Positions 18,127 through 27,390 of a stretch of 64,000 nt of DNA are shown one piece after another. The position numbers and the translations under genes were made by a program. Position 1 is the first letter of the stretch; every line of letters starts with the position of its first letter. The stretch comes from a virus: the IMG/VR virus record IMGVR_UViG_3300028535_000001, one strand, 5' to 3'. The notes beneath the pieces were generated by a model. It was not told the origin of the DNA, did not search any database, and saw only the letters and a list, made by a program, of their open reading frames with translations.

Positions 18127-19761
18127 CTATTGACCTTTTCTTGTTGCCGGAAACCACCTGGTACCATATTCATCAACAGCTTCCTCATCTTCCTCTGGAT
18201 CGTGAACACCATCGTCTACAAAACCAAACGGTGCCATGTCTTGCTCTATCAAATTCTTTTGTTCCTCGTACATTTTTAAACGAGCATTAGTATTAGACAA
18301 TTCTTTAAAGAAAGGTTGATTAGATAACCAACCAAATATGACTAAACACATCATTAAATCATCATTTGATCCATCTTCAGCCTGCCAACTTTGGCCTCTT
18401 TTAGTAAAGGTTGACATCTCCTGTATAATATGCCAATCATTTATTATAAGTTTATCTCCTTCAACTATAGTTTTTAAATTAGAACAACCAACTCTTTTTA
18501 TCATTTTTGTCATACGAACACCCATAGATGAACCACGACCACTAAACATTGCACCTAATATTTGACCAGCACGACCTTTTTGAGTAGTCATTAATATATT
18601 AGGATATTCAATCTCAAACTGTAAAGCCTCTGCTACTTGCTGACCTATATCATTAACCTCTGTTAATATATGTGCATGATTATATGCTAAACATACTCTG
18701 TTAATTATATTAGGAAATACAAAGGGTTTAATTTCGTTACTTCTATATTTGGCCACAACTTTGTAAGGCATTTTAGACACATCAAATACCAGAAAGGCAG
18801 AATAATCTTTATCAACACCTCTTGAAACGTCCACTGTACAGACATAAGTATGTCCTTCTATTTTATCTTCGTATATATCAACACCTTGAGCCGATTTTAT
18901 AGGATTTATAATAGGTATTTGTTTAATTTTTGTAGCTGATATTAAAGTATTTACAGAACCTAAAAACTCACACTCAAACTCTTGTTGAAATTGTTCCTCA
19001 CTTGTATTACGTATAGTTTGTTCTTTCCATTTTTCATCACGTCCTGGTACTTCACTCCAATGTACTTCAATAGGTATATAATCATTTTTTTTGGTTTGAG
19101 AATCCATCCAAAGTTTATAAAACATATTCATACCATAAGGTGTAGATACTATAACCATTTTAGTTTTTGTACCAGCAGATATTGTAGGATAAACTGAACT
19201 AAAAAACAATTCAGCAATATTAGTAGGTACGAAAGCAAACTCGTCAAGAAATATTATATTATATGAACCACCTCTTATAGCACTTGAAGATGTAGCAGCT
19301 GCCACAATAACTGATTTATTTTCTAATTCTATATTACCTTTGTTCCAATTAATTACACCTTGTTGTAACCACTTTGGTAAATTTTCATATGCTAATTGTA
19401 CTCTACTTAAAATATCTCTAGCAGTAGAGGACTTATTGGCAAGTATGGCAATATTACTGTTTGGATTAAATAATGCAAAGTGTAAAAGATATGATACTGT
19501 TGTTGTGGATTTTCCTGATTGTCTTGGTAGTTTACAGATTGTAAATCTATTATCATGTATCGTATTTACTATTGTCTTTTGAAAATCATACATCTTAAAA
19601 GGTATTAAACCCTCGTCAAGTGATACAATCTGGATATAATTTTCCATAAAGTAAATAGGGTTCTCAGCACACTTTTGATATTCTAATATTTGTTCTTTAC
19701 TAAAATGTTGTGGTGTATTAATCTTTTTTAAATTCGGGTTTCCTAAATATGCTTCACTCAT
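18127..19761 (-). CDS. gp17: Terminase large subunit
   Basis: YLGNPNLK, PRQSGKST, FLDEFAF, STPYG.N.FY, DDLMMCLV. Confidence 0.98.
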   Translation of the reverse strand: MSEAYLGNPNLKKINTPQHFSKEQILEYQKCAENPIYFMENYIQIVSLDEGLIPFKMYDFQKTIVNTIHDNRFTICKLPRQSGKSTTTVSYLLHFALFNPNSNIAILANKSSTARDILSRVQLAYENLPKWLQQGVINWNKGNIELENKSVIVAAATSSSAIRGGSYNIIFLDEFAFVPTNIAELFFSSVYPTISAGTKTKMVIVSTPYGMNMFYKLWMDSQTKKNDYIPIEVHWSEVPGRDEKWKEQTIRNTSEEQFQQEFECEFLGSVNTLISATKIKQIPIINPIKSAQGVDIYEDKIEGHTYVCTVDVSRGVDKDYSAFLVFDVSKMPYKVVAKYRSNEIKPFVFPNIINRVCLAYNHAHILTEVNDIGQQVAEALQFEIEYPNILMTTQKGRAGQILGAMFSGRGSSMGVRMTKMIKRVGCSNLKTIVEGDKLIINDWHIIQEMSTFTKRGQSWQAEDGSNDDLMMCLVIFGWLSNQPFFKELSNTNARLKMYEEQKNLIEQDMAPFGFVDDGVHDPEEDEEAVDEYGTRWFPATRKGQ

Positions 19762-20044
19762 TTATTACTATTGCCTCTATGTGTGTGTAACCTAATTTTA
19801 AGGCAGCTTTTAATCTTTGGTTGCCTTTATGTACACTCCACTTTTTCTCCATATATATTTTTCCATTAACTCCATATCTAATATTCTCACTTATTTTATG
19901 TGTGTAAACCTCTATCGGTTTAATCAATTCTTGTCCATCTAATAATTCTTTTAACGGTACGCCGTAGGTTTTAAGATAAGTTATATCACTTATCGGTATT
20001 ATCCTTTTGTTCGGGTGTAACGTTTTTGCTTTCAATATTCTCAT
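19754..20044 (-). CDS. Small ParB/Srx-like protein
   Basis: KPIEV...HKGNQRLKAALKLGYTHIEAI resembles the ParB-N G..R..A motif. Confidence 0.6.
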   Translation of the reverse strand: MRILKAKTLHPNKRIIPISDITYLKTYGVPLKELLDGQELIKPIEVYTHKISENIRYGVNGKIYMEKKWSVHKGNQRLKAALKLGYTHIEAIVINE

Positions 20045-20465
20045 CTTCTTGTTTTCTATTTAACATCTTTTGTAACTCAGCAGTTGATCCAATAAAAAGA
20101 GCATTCTTAACATTTGTACTTGCAATCTTTGGTACTTCTTTTAATTCTTTTAATTTCTTTTGTAAGTCTTGTAATTTATCAACTGTAGTTGCAACTTGTC
20201 CTAATAATTGTCCTGCAACTTCATATGCTCTAGGGTGTTGACCTTCCTTTGCAATTTCTAATATACCATCAATAGCTTCATTACCTTTATCAATTAAATG
20301 GAAATAGTTATCTCTACTATATTTGTAATCGTTATCTACGTCTGTCTTATCTTTATCTTCAACTCTAGGAACTAGAGGTTTAAATTCTTTTTTTTCTACC
20401 ACAGCGTTTTCAGTTGCAGTCTCAATACCTAAAATTTCATTTACTTTGTCTTCTATATTGTTCAT
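19986..20465 (-). CDS. gp16: Terminase small subunit
   Basis: DYKYSR.N...LI.KG.EA, HPRAYEVAGQL, NALFIGSTAELQK. Confidence 0.95.
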   Translation of the reverse strand: MNNIEDKVNEILGIETATENAVVEKKEFKPLVPRVEDKDKTDVDNDYKYSRDNYFHLIDKGNEAIDGILEIAKEGQHPRAYEVAGQLLGQVATTVDKLQDLQKKLKELKEVPKIASTNVKNALFIGSTAELQKMLNRKQEDENIESKNVTPEQKDNTDK

Positions 20466-20632
20466 TATAATACTTTACCTTTATTAGGTCCTACTTTAAT
20501 TCTATATTTTTGTGTACCTGTTGCACCAATATTAACTTCTTTTCTCATACTTTTAGTTAATTCTAAAGTTTTTTTTTCTCTATTATTTTTAGCAGTATGT
20601 TCATTCAGTTGTCTATGTCTATCTCTTTCCAT
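20465..20632 (-). CDS. Small basic hypothetical protein (55 aa)
   Basis: Manual: MERDRHRQLNEHTAKNNREKK...GATGTQKYRIKVGPNKGKVL; TAATG coupling at both ends. Confidence 0.7.
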   Translation of the reverse strand: MERDRHRQLNEHTAKNNREKKTLELTKSMRKEVNIGATGTQKYRIKVGPNKGKVL

Positions 20633-21582
20633 TACTCATCTTGTCCAGTTTTTGGGTTATATTTTTTACCATCGGTATAATTACTTATAGTTGTTGTAAA
20701 TCCAAAATCATCATCAGCGTCAGCTGTTATTGGATCAGGCACAACTATTATTCTTTCTTCACGTGAAGCAGTATCCCAATTTGAAGATGTATATAATTCT
20801 GATTGTACTTTTTTGATAACACCTTGATTAGAAGTAGGACCAAATAAGTATGTCTTCGCTGTAAAATTCATTGTATATATTACTGCTCTTCTATTTGTAA
20901 AAGCACCATCATAACTATCTTCATAATTAATAGTGTTAAGAATAATTGGTACGTCTCTTTTTATATTCATTTCAGGTAAAACATTTACTGTAACCGTATA
21001 ATCTGGTTGAAAGAAAGGTAAAATTTGTTCTACAATTTGTAAACCATTTTCAGCAGTTGCTGTAAAGGCATAAACATTTAAACTTATGTTATATGGTACA
21101 GGTGTATAGTTAAAACTATTTTTTGCTCCTGAAGAAGTTAAACCACTAGAATCTGTTTCATGTAATATATATTCTGCATGACCTGTAGTAGCATTTGCTT
21201 TTTCATTTATAATAAGACCACTCTCATCTTCCATTTGTACTCTATCTAATAAAGCGGCTGATTGTGATCTAGATAAATCTACTTTTGTTTTTCTAAATTT
21301 ATGAACTCTTGTTAACTTTCTACTAGGATCATATTGTAATCCTGATATTTCAAATCCTATTCTTGGTAAAGTTATTGCAAATGATCTATCAGTTAAATCT
21401 GGTTGTTGTTCTAAACGAACTAAAAACTTTTCTTTAGGTGCATATGCTAAAGGAACTTTTATTCTTTTTGTAACAGCGCCTGTTGTTCTATTGACATTTT
21501 CTATAACAATGTTATTGAATAATTGTCCAAATGCAATTATAATCTTTCTTAATCCTTCATTGTAAAATGGTGTTCCAAACAT
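20632..21582 (-). CDS. gp15: Tail sheath stabiliser / completion protein
   Basis: FGQLFNNI, VPLAYAPKEKFL, LPRIGFE, QIVEQILPFFQP, F.AKTYLFGP. Confidence 0.95.
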   Translation of the reverse strand: MFGTPFYNEGLRKIIIAFGQLFNNIVIENVNRTTGAVTKRIKVPLAYAPKEKFLVRLEQQPDLTDRSFAITLPRIGFEISGLQYDPSRKLTRVHKFRKTKVDLSRSQSAALLDRVQMEDESGLIINEKANATTGHAEYILHETDSSGLTSSGAKNSFNYTPVPYNISLNVYAFTATAENGLQIVEQILPFFQPDYTVTVNVLPEMNIKRDVPIILNTINYEDSYDGAFTNRRAVIYTMNFTAKTYLFGPTSNQGVIKKVQSELYTSSNWDTASREERIIVVPDPITADADDDFGFTTTISNYTDGKKYNPKTGQDE

Positions 21583-22388
21583 TATTGATCTACCTCTCCA
21601 AATGGATTTCTTTCAGTGAAATCTAATACATCATCTGTTACGGATTCTGTATCAAAACCGGCTGCCGTATCTAAATCTAAATTTTGTGCATAATCAGATT
21701 GAGTTTGTACAGTTGTTTTTGTTGCGTCATAACTTTCATTAATTAAGAAATTAGCATTACCAGATTTAGTGTCATCTTGTTCTAATTGTACTGTACCTTT
21801 TTCATCTTCTAAAGTAAATCTATCTACTAATAAGTTTACAGAATATTTAGCTTCTTTAGCGTCAATACCTGCAACGCCAGTAGCAATTGTTTCGTTTGCA
21901 TATTCCCAACGTGTAACTCTTAATTTATAAACAGGTAAATTACCTAATTGAAAGAAAGGTTCCTGATCTTCTACAAATTGAATTTCAAAGAAACTATTCA
22001 TCAAAGGAAAGAATAAAATATCTCCTTCGTTAGGTCTACCTGGTACTTCTAAATTTGTTTTTACGTTTACTTTATTATGGAATCTTCTTTTAGAAACCAT
22101 TAGAGTTGTATCTTCTCTAATTTCTAATCCAAATTTACTAATTAATTCTTGTTGACCTGCAAATCCTTCAGTACTTTCAAAATACATTTCAATAGGAAAA
22201 GCATTTTTAAATTTACTATTAACATCTTCACCTAAAACCAAAGATTGATTTACAATACTTCTTGGCATATAGTAAATTAAATTACCATATATTTTTAATC
22301 CTTCTATGATTAAATCTTCGTAAAGATATTTTTCGGATGCATTCCCAATACCATCGCCTGACTGAAAATATGGATTCATTACTACCAT
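21582..22388 (-). CDS. gp14: Neck protein
   Basis: DLIIEGLKIYG..YYMPR, SKFGLEIR, RPNEGD, FEIQFVE...PFFQLG, FTERNPFGE. Confidence 0.95.
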   Translation of the reverse strand: MVVMNPYFQSGDGIGNASEKYLYEDLIIEGLKIYGNLIYYMPRSIVNQSLVLGEDVNSKFKNAFPIEMYFESTEGFAGQQELISKFGLEIREDTTLMVSKRRFHNKVNVKTNLEVPGRPNEGDILFFPLMNSFFEIQFVEDQEPFFQLGNLPVYKLRVTRWEYANETIATGVAGIDAKEAKYSVNLLVDRFTLEDEKGTVQLEQDDTKSGNANFLINESYDATKTTVQTQSDYAQNLDLDTAAGFDTESVTDDVLDFTERNPFGEVDQ

Positions 22389-22394
22389 AGTTGT

Positions 22395-23207
22395 TTACCC
22401 TATCAGAAAGTTATGAGGCTCTTCAAATGTTGTTCTAATTTCTGTTTCTAATTTTTCTATATCTGTTAGTGATTCGGAGTATAATTGACCTCCGTTAAGT
22501 GATACTCCACCTATCATAGCAACGCCATTAAATTTAGATAAGTTTGCTCCCCATTGTTTTTTAAACAAAGCAGTTACATATCTTTTTAACCATTGATCGT
22601 TATATATATCGGTATTAGTTGCTGGATCTAATTTTCTAAAACAATCTATAACTAAATGTTCACCGACTCTTAAATCTTCTTTCCAATCCATATCAACAAA
22701 TAATTTGTTATCATTTTGATTAAATCTTAAAGGTTTTTCACCTACTAAAATATGATCTAAAAAATCTAAATGTCTTAATACAACATCATAGTTAACTACC
22801 GATGTTGAAGAAAAATCATACAAATCATTTAATCTCATTTGGTATCTTACATCAAATAAATTTAAACTTCCTTTACTTGAAAATGGAAAAATATTTGTAA
22901 CCGAAATAACTGTTTCAGGAACAATTATATAATTTTGATTTTCTTTCCAAGTATTTGTAATACCAGTTTTAGTTATTGATTCTGAAACATCTCCATTTGT
23001 TACAATTCTATCGTAATCTGTTTGTGTGTATTCGTATTTTAGATAACATCTTCTTATTGCATTCATATGAAATTGAGAATAGTATTGCATAGCTTCATCT
23101 ATTCTATCCTGCAATTGATCTTCATCAACGTTAATCTCTATAACTGGTTGACCTAATGATCTTAAAGCGTAATCTTTTAATTGTTCTCTTGTTGCTGGTG
23201 TTGCCAT
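22395..23207 (-). CDS. gp13: Neck protein
   Basis: LKDYALRSLG.PVIEINV, WLKRYVTAL.K.QWG.NLSKF, GGV.LNG. Confidence 0.96.
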   Translation of the reverse strand: MATPATREQLKDYALRSLGQPVIEINVDEDQLQDRIDEAMQYYSQFHMNAIRRCYLKYEYTQTDYDRIVTNGDVSESITKTGITNTWKENQNYIIVPETVISVTNIFPFSSKGSLNLFDVRYQMRLNDLYDFSSTSVVNYDVVLRHLDFLDHILVGEKPLRFNQNDNKLFVDMDWKEDLRVGEHLVIDCFRKLDPATNTDIYNDQWLKRYVTALFKKQWGANLSKFNGVAMIGGVSLNGGQLYSESLTDIEKLETEIRTTFEEPHNFLIG

Positions 23208-23225
23208 GTTTATATTTATCCTTAA

Positions 23226-23615
23226 TTAACTTGTTGTACCATACATAGTTTTTAATACATTACCACTTGAATCTTTAATCTGAATACTTGTTGAATTGGT
23301 AACTCCACTACTTAATGTTAGAGAACCTGTTATTGAAACATTACCACTTGATATTATTTTTAAATCTGTACCATCGCCATAGATATGTTCACCAGCGTCA
23401 CCAAATATTACTTTAATATTATTGTTTAATGTATTATCTGAAGCTGCTTCCAAGGTTCCTTTTGAACCTGAATAACCTATAAATCCTTGCGATCCTGTAA
23501 AACCACCTGTTAGTGGTTGTAAAGCCCACGCCTCACCATTCCATTTCCAAGTACGAGTACCTAGATTGTATGTATCATTGAGCGACGGACCACTCGGAAA
23601 ATTTATGCTTGGCAT
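23226..23615 (-). CDS. Short fibre-like virion protein
   Basis: N-terminus INFP..PSLND.Y.LGTR.WKWNG shared with 24749; short GFTGS stretch; shared C-terminal IK.SSG..KT motif. Confidence 0.75.
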   Translation of the reverse strand: MPSINFPSGPSLNDTYNLGTRTWKWNGEAWALQPLTGGFTGSQGFIGYSGSKGTLEAASDNTLNNNIKVIFGDAGEHIYGDGTDLKIISSGNVSITGSLTLSSGVTNSTSIQIKDSSGNVLKTMYGTTS

Positions 23616-23643
23616 TTTCTATCCTTTAATTGTTCTCTCACCA

Positions 23644-23660
23644 TATTTATAATATTTATA
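23644..23660 (-). promoter_or_regulatory. Tandem T4-type late promoters
   Basis: Two TATAAATA at 23644-51 and 23653-60. Confidence 0.75.
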
Positions 23661-23687
23661 CAATGCTTAAGTAAGCTATTTTCCAAT

Positions 23688-23719
23688 AAAAAACCCCCGG
23701 AACCGAAGTGCCGGGGGTT
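23688..23719 (-). terminator. Rho-independent terminator
   Basis: ACCCCCGGCAC-TTCG-GTTCCGGGGGT followed by a T-tract. Confidence 0.88.
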
Positions 23720-23752
23720 AATTTCGTTTAGTTAATTACTAGCGTATTTAGA

Positions 23753-24685
23753 TTATGCTTTTACAATCTTTAATACGTGAGTTGCCGCTGTGGATGTTGA
23801 TCCTCCAGGGAACTCCTGAGCTCTGTAATCATCGCCTCCAACTTGATTAGTTGCGTAAGTAGCACCATCTAGTATAGTATTAGCCATACCTGATCCTCTT
23901 GTCGTTCCTGATCCGTTGAAATTATATCTAATAGTATATCCGTCTCCTGAACTAGCAGCTGTATACTTAATCCAAGCTTGACAAAGTGTGTCAAAACTTG
24001 CACCAGTTTCCTGTAGATCATTTGATCCGTCTATATTTAAAAGACTTGCGTATGAAGACGTAGCACCATTTACTCTTTGTAAATAGTAACTAGTAATCGT
24101 TGTAGGGTTATCAAGTGCGTGTGATCCAATCGTACCAGCAGCATAAGAGCCTGTGTTGGCTCTTGTGTCTACAAATATCGGCGTGGATGCTCCACTAACT
24201 TCAGTGGCACCAGCAACAGAAGCAGCAGTTGATACAAAATATGTACCCCCTTGTTGCGTTGTTGTAGTACTTGCTGTAAGTAGATCAATAGCAGGATGTA
24301 AGAACGTATCCTTAATATCTGCTAAAGGCATTGCTTGAACTTCTCCACCACTTGTGTAGTAAATTGGCCAAGTTTTGCCTGAGTCAGCTGTCGGCGAACC
24401 GGGAGTGACTGTTTCTTCTACTTTGTCATAGTTAACTGTAACTGTTTGTGGGTCTTGTGTTGTTCCTTGACTAGGAAAAGAGGACGCATGAGTCGAATGC
24501 GTTCCTGCTTGTAGTCTAGTATCACTTATTGCTCCTAAACTACCACCACTACCTTGAACAGACAGAACAACTGACGGACTTTGAGAATATTGATAAACAA
24601 TATTATCAACGACAGCGTCAATCTGAGCTGAAGTCATTTCAATTAAATTTCCCCCACTGTATATTAATGGGTTTCGTGTAGCCAT
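23753..24685 (-). CDS. Virion structural protein (Ser/Thr/Gly-rich), probably abundant
   Basis: AAGGAG SD, own terminator, within the fibre cluster. Confidence 0.7.
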   Translation of the reverse strand: MATRNPLIYSGGNLIEMTSAQIDAVVDNIVYQYSQSPSVVLSVQGSGGSLGAISDTRLQAGTHSTHASSFPSQGTTQDPQTVTVNYDKVEETVTPGSPTADSGKTWPIYYTSGGEVQAMPLADIKDTFLHPAIDLLTASTTTTQQGGTYFVSTAASVAGATEVSGASTPIFVDTRANTGSYAAGTIGSHALDNPTTITSYYLQRVNGATSSYASLLNIDGSNDLQETGASFDTLCQAWIKYTAASSGDGYTIRYNFNGSGTTRGSGMANTILDGATYATNQVGGDDYRAQEFPGGSTSTAATHVLKIVKA

Positions 24686-24748
24686 ATTCTATTTTCTCCT
24701 TCTTTTTTCTGTTAAAGATAATTATTATTACGTAACTATCTGCTACTA

Positions 24749-25600
24749 TTACGTAGCGTTTCCTATGATTGTTTTTTGTGTAACACCACTAGAGTTTTTG
24801 ATTAACAACGTCACAGCTGAGCTGAAATTAGATGAATCAATAGTAGCTACTTGAGCACCTTTTGATCCAGTAAATCCAACAATACCTTGGTTTGATAATT
24901 CAACCCATTGAGTTGAGTTACCATCATTGTAGTAGAAATATTGTACGCCAGTAGCGTTATCTACCCAAATGTCTCCCTCTCCAACACCTGAAGTAGGTGG
25001 AGTAGCGGCAGTTGTAATATCAAGGTTTCCTTCTGATCCTGTAAATCCTATATCACCTTTTGATCCTGTAAATCCTATATCACCTTTTGATCCTGTAAAT
25101 CCTATATCACCTTTTGATCCTGTAAATCCTATAACTCCTTGAGCACCTGTAGCTCCTAGAGAACCTGTGAAACCAATGTCTCCTTTAGAACCTGTAAAAC
25201 CAATATCACCTTTAGAACCTGTGAAACCAATTGTACCAGAAAGATCAGATACATATGAGTATACTGTTCCGTTCCATAAATACAATCTAGAATTTTCGGC
25301 GTCTGTTAGTGATCCATTTTCAATTATAGCAAATTCACCAGTGACTATGCCACTTGGTGATGTGTCTGCTGATAGAGCTGCAACACTTGTATAAGTCTTC
25401 GCAATGTTGAATCCTAAACCAGTAGCACCTAAAGAGCCTGTAAAACCAATATCACCTTTAGAACCGGTGTAACCGATTGATCCAGTGAAACCTGCTGTTA
25501 ACGGCTGTAGCGCCCACCCATTTCCGTTCCATTTCCACTGACGTGTGCCGAGTGTGTATAGATCGTTTAACGAGGGACTATTTGGAAAGTTTATTGCCAT
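24749..25600 (-). CDS. Collagen-like fibre protein A
   Basis: G-X-Y runs GFTGSKGDI; modules shared with 23226, 25780 and 61379. Confidence 0.85.
   Translation of the reverse strand: MAINFPNSPSLNDLYTLGTRQWKWNGNGWALQPLTAGFTGSIGYTGSKGDIGFTGSLGATGLGFNIAKTYTSVAALSADTSPSGIVTGEFAIIENGSLTDAENSRLYLWNGTVYSYVSDLSGTIGFTGSKGDIGFTGSKGDIGFTGSLGATGAQGVIGFTGSKGDIGFTGSKGDIGFTGSKGDIGFTGSEGNLDITTAATPPTSGVGEGDIWVDNATGVQYFYYNDGNSTQWVELSNQGIVGFTGSKGAQVATIDSSNFSSAVTLLIKNSSGVTQKTIIGNAT
25034..25133. repeat. Perfect 27-bp tandem repeat (3 copies plus partial) encoding KGDIGFTGS
   Basis: tgatcctgtaaatcctatatcaccttt. Confidence 0.95.
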
Positions 25601-25717
25601 TTTGTTTGTCTCCTAATTTATTGTTATGTTTTGTCTTTTTTAATTAAAAAATTCAATACTATACATCTTATATCAATTATTTTATATTGTAAGAAAGGTT
25701 TCGTTCTTTCTACATTC

Positions 25718-25725
25718 TATTTATA
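25718..25725 (-). promoter_or_regulatory. T4-type late promoter
   Basis: TATAAATA about 118 nt upstream of ATG 25600. Confidence 0.7.
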
Positions 25726-25779
25726 ATACATAAACACTGCACAAGACATATAATACAGTATTTGTCAAATTTATTTTAA

Positions 25780-27390
25780 CTACGTACCAATTGTACCACC
25801 ATTTAGGCACCAACCGGTACCATCCCATACGCAGGAGAAGGTATTGGCATAAACGCCACCTGTAGTATCTAATCTCCATATATGTGAAGCTTTTAATTCT
25901 GTTGCACCTGTAACAATACTAACAACTTTTGCGTTAGAAACTGTAATATCGCTATATGTTGATGTTGTTATACCTGATTTATAGAAAATTAACTCTTGTC
26001 CTATATAAGTGCCGTCTGCAAGTGTATAATTTATACTTGATGTAATAAAGTGATTACGTTTTGTTATATCTAAAGTGCCTGGAGCTTCATTCGCTATGTA
26101 TTCACTTGTTGTTATATGAGAACCTGCTATTGTTAATTTATCACTTGTAAGTCCAATGCTTACTTCATTTTCTCCCATTTTTAAACTGTTATCGCTTAAG
26201 AATAAGTGTCTAACTTTTCTATCAGCACTACCTATGTCATATGTTGAATTTGCTACAGGTAATAAATGTCCACTATTTGTAATATCCCAACGGTCAGTAC
26301 CTTCAGTTTTTATAGTAACTTCGCCATCTGTACCAGTATCAACTACTGTCACAGCACTATTGCCAACTGTTATAGAACTTCCTCCTGTTCCTGCCGAACC
26401 TGTAAATCCAGTTGAGCCTGTAAATCCTACTATACCAGCATTTGCTAATTCTACCCATTGATTACTGTTGCCGTCATTCATGTAGAAGTATTGAATACCT
26501 GTTGCGTCATCTATCCAAACATCTCCAAGTCCTGCTGAAGCAGGTGGAACTGAATTTAATGTAACATCTAAATTTCCTTCTGATCCTGAATAACCAATTA
26601 CACCTTGATCGCCTTTTGATCCTGAATACCCAATTGATCCTGTATAACCAATTGATCCAAGATCACCTTTTGATCCTGTAAATCCTATTATACCTTGAAT
26701 ACCTTGATCGCCTTTTGATCCTGTATATCCTAAATTTCCTTTTGATCCAGTAAAACCAACGGCGCCAGCTGTACCTGCTGTACCTTTTGATCCTGTGAAA
26801 CCTACACTACCAATATCTCCTTTTGATCCTGTAAATCCTGTTGCACCTGTTCCACCATCAGCACCTTTTGATCCTGTAAAACCTACAGTACCAATATCTC
26901 CTTTTGATCCTGTAAAACCTACAGCGCCAGTATCTCCTTTTGATCCTGTATAACCTAAATTTCCTTTTGAGCCAGTGAAACCAACGGCGCCGGCTGTACC
27001 AGTATCTCCTTTTGATCCTGTAAAACCAATTGCACCTGCTGATCCTGTATAACCTACTCCACCACTTGTACTGAATAATGACCAGTTACCGTCCGCATTT
27101 GGAACAGCACCTGTTATGGTACTACGAACTTCTGAACCTAAAAGTTTATAAGTGTAATACTTGTCGCCTGTGTAAGTTGTGGAACCGGAAGTATATGTGT
27201 TCTTAACATAAACTAACATACCTTCCTGGATTCTTGCTCCAGCAATATCTGTTAATCTATCACTAACGTTACCTGTTATGGAATGGAGTGTACCTCTAAC
27301 TTCTGTATCTAATACAATTGGAGCATTAGTGCCGGTACTCCATGTACCTGGCCAGACGTTTCGGGTTAATCCATCGTAATTACTTGCCAT
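25780..27390 (-). CDS. Collagen-like fibre protein B
   Basis: Long uninterrupted G-X-Y tract of G[FY][TS]GSKG units flanked by globular domains. Confidence 0.85.
   Translation of the reverse strand: MASNYDGLTRNVWPGTWSTGTNAPIVLDTEVRGTLHSITGNVSDRLTDIAGARIQEGMLVYVKNTYTSGSTTYTGDKYYTYKLLGSEVRSTITGAVPNADGNWSLFSTSGGVGYTGSAGAIGFTGSKGDTGTAGAVGFTGSKGNLGYTGSKGDTGAVGFTGSKGDIGTVGFTGSKGADGGTGATGFTGSKGDIGSVGFTGSKGTAGTAGAVGFTGSKGNLGYTGSKGDQGIQGIIGFTGSKGDLGSIGYTGSIGYSGSKGDQGVIGYSGSEGNLDVTLNSVPPASAGLGDVWIDDATGIQYFYMNDGNSNQWVELANAGIVGFTGSTGFTGSAGTGGSSITVGNSAVTVVDTGTDGEVTIKTEGTDRWDITNSGHLLPVANSTYDIGSADRKVRHLFLSDNSLKMGENEVSIGLTSDKLTIAGSHITTSEYIANEAPGTLDITKRNHFITSSINYTLADGTYIGQELIFYKSGITTSTYSDITVSNAKVVSIVTGATELKASHIWRLDTTGGVYANTFSCVWDGTGWCLNGGTIGT

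Noticed and set aside
9546-19761. Introns, inteins or homing endonucleases in gp23, gp20 or gp17; stop-codon recoding
   Set aside because: Genes are of normal length, uninterrupted, and translate fully in the standard code.
25034-25133. 27-bp repeats as a CRISPR array
   Set aside because: Head-to-tail with no spacers, in-frame within a collagen-like CDS, no cas genes.
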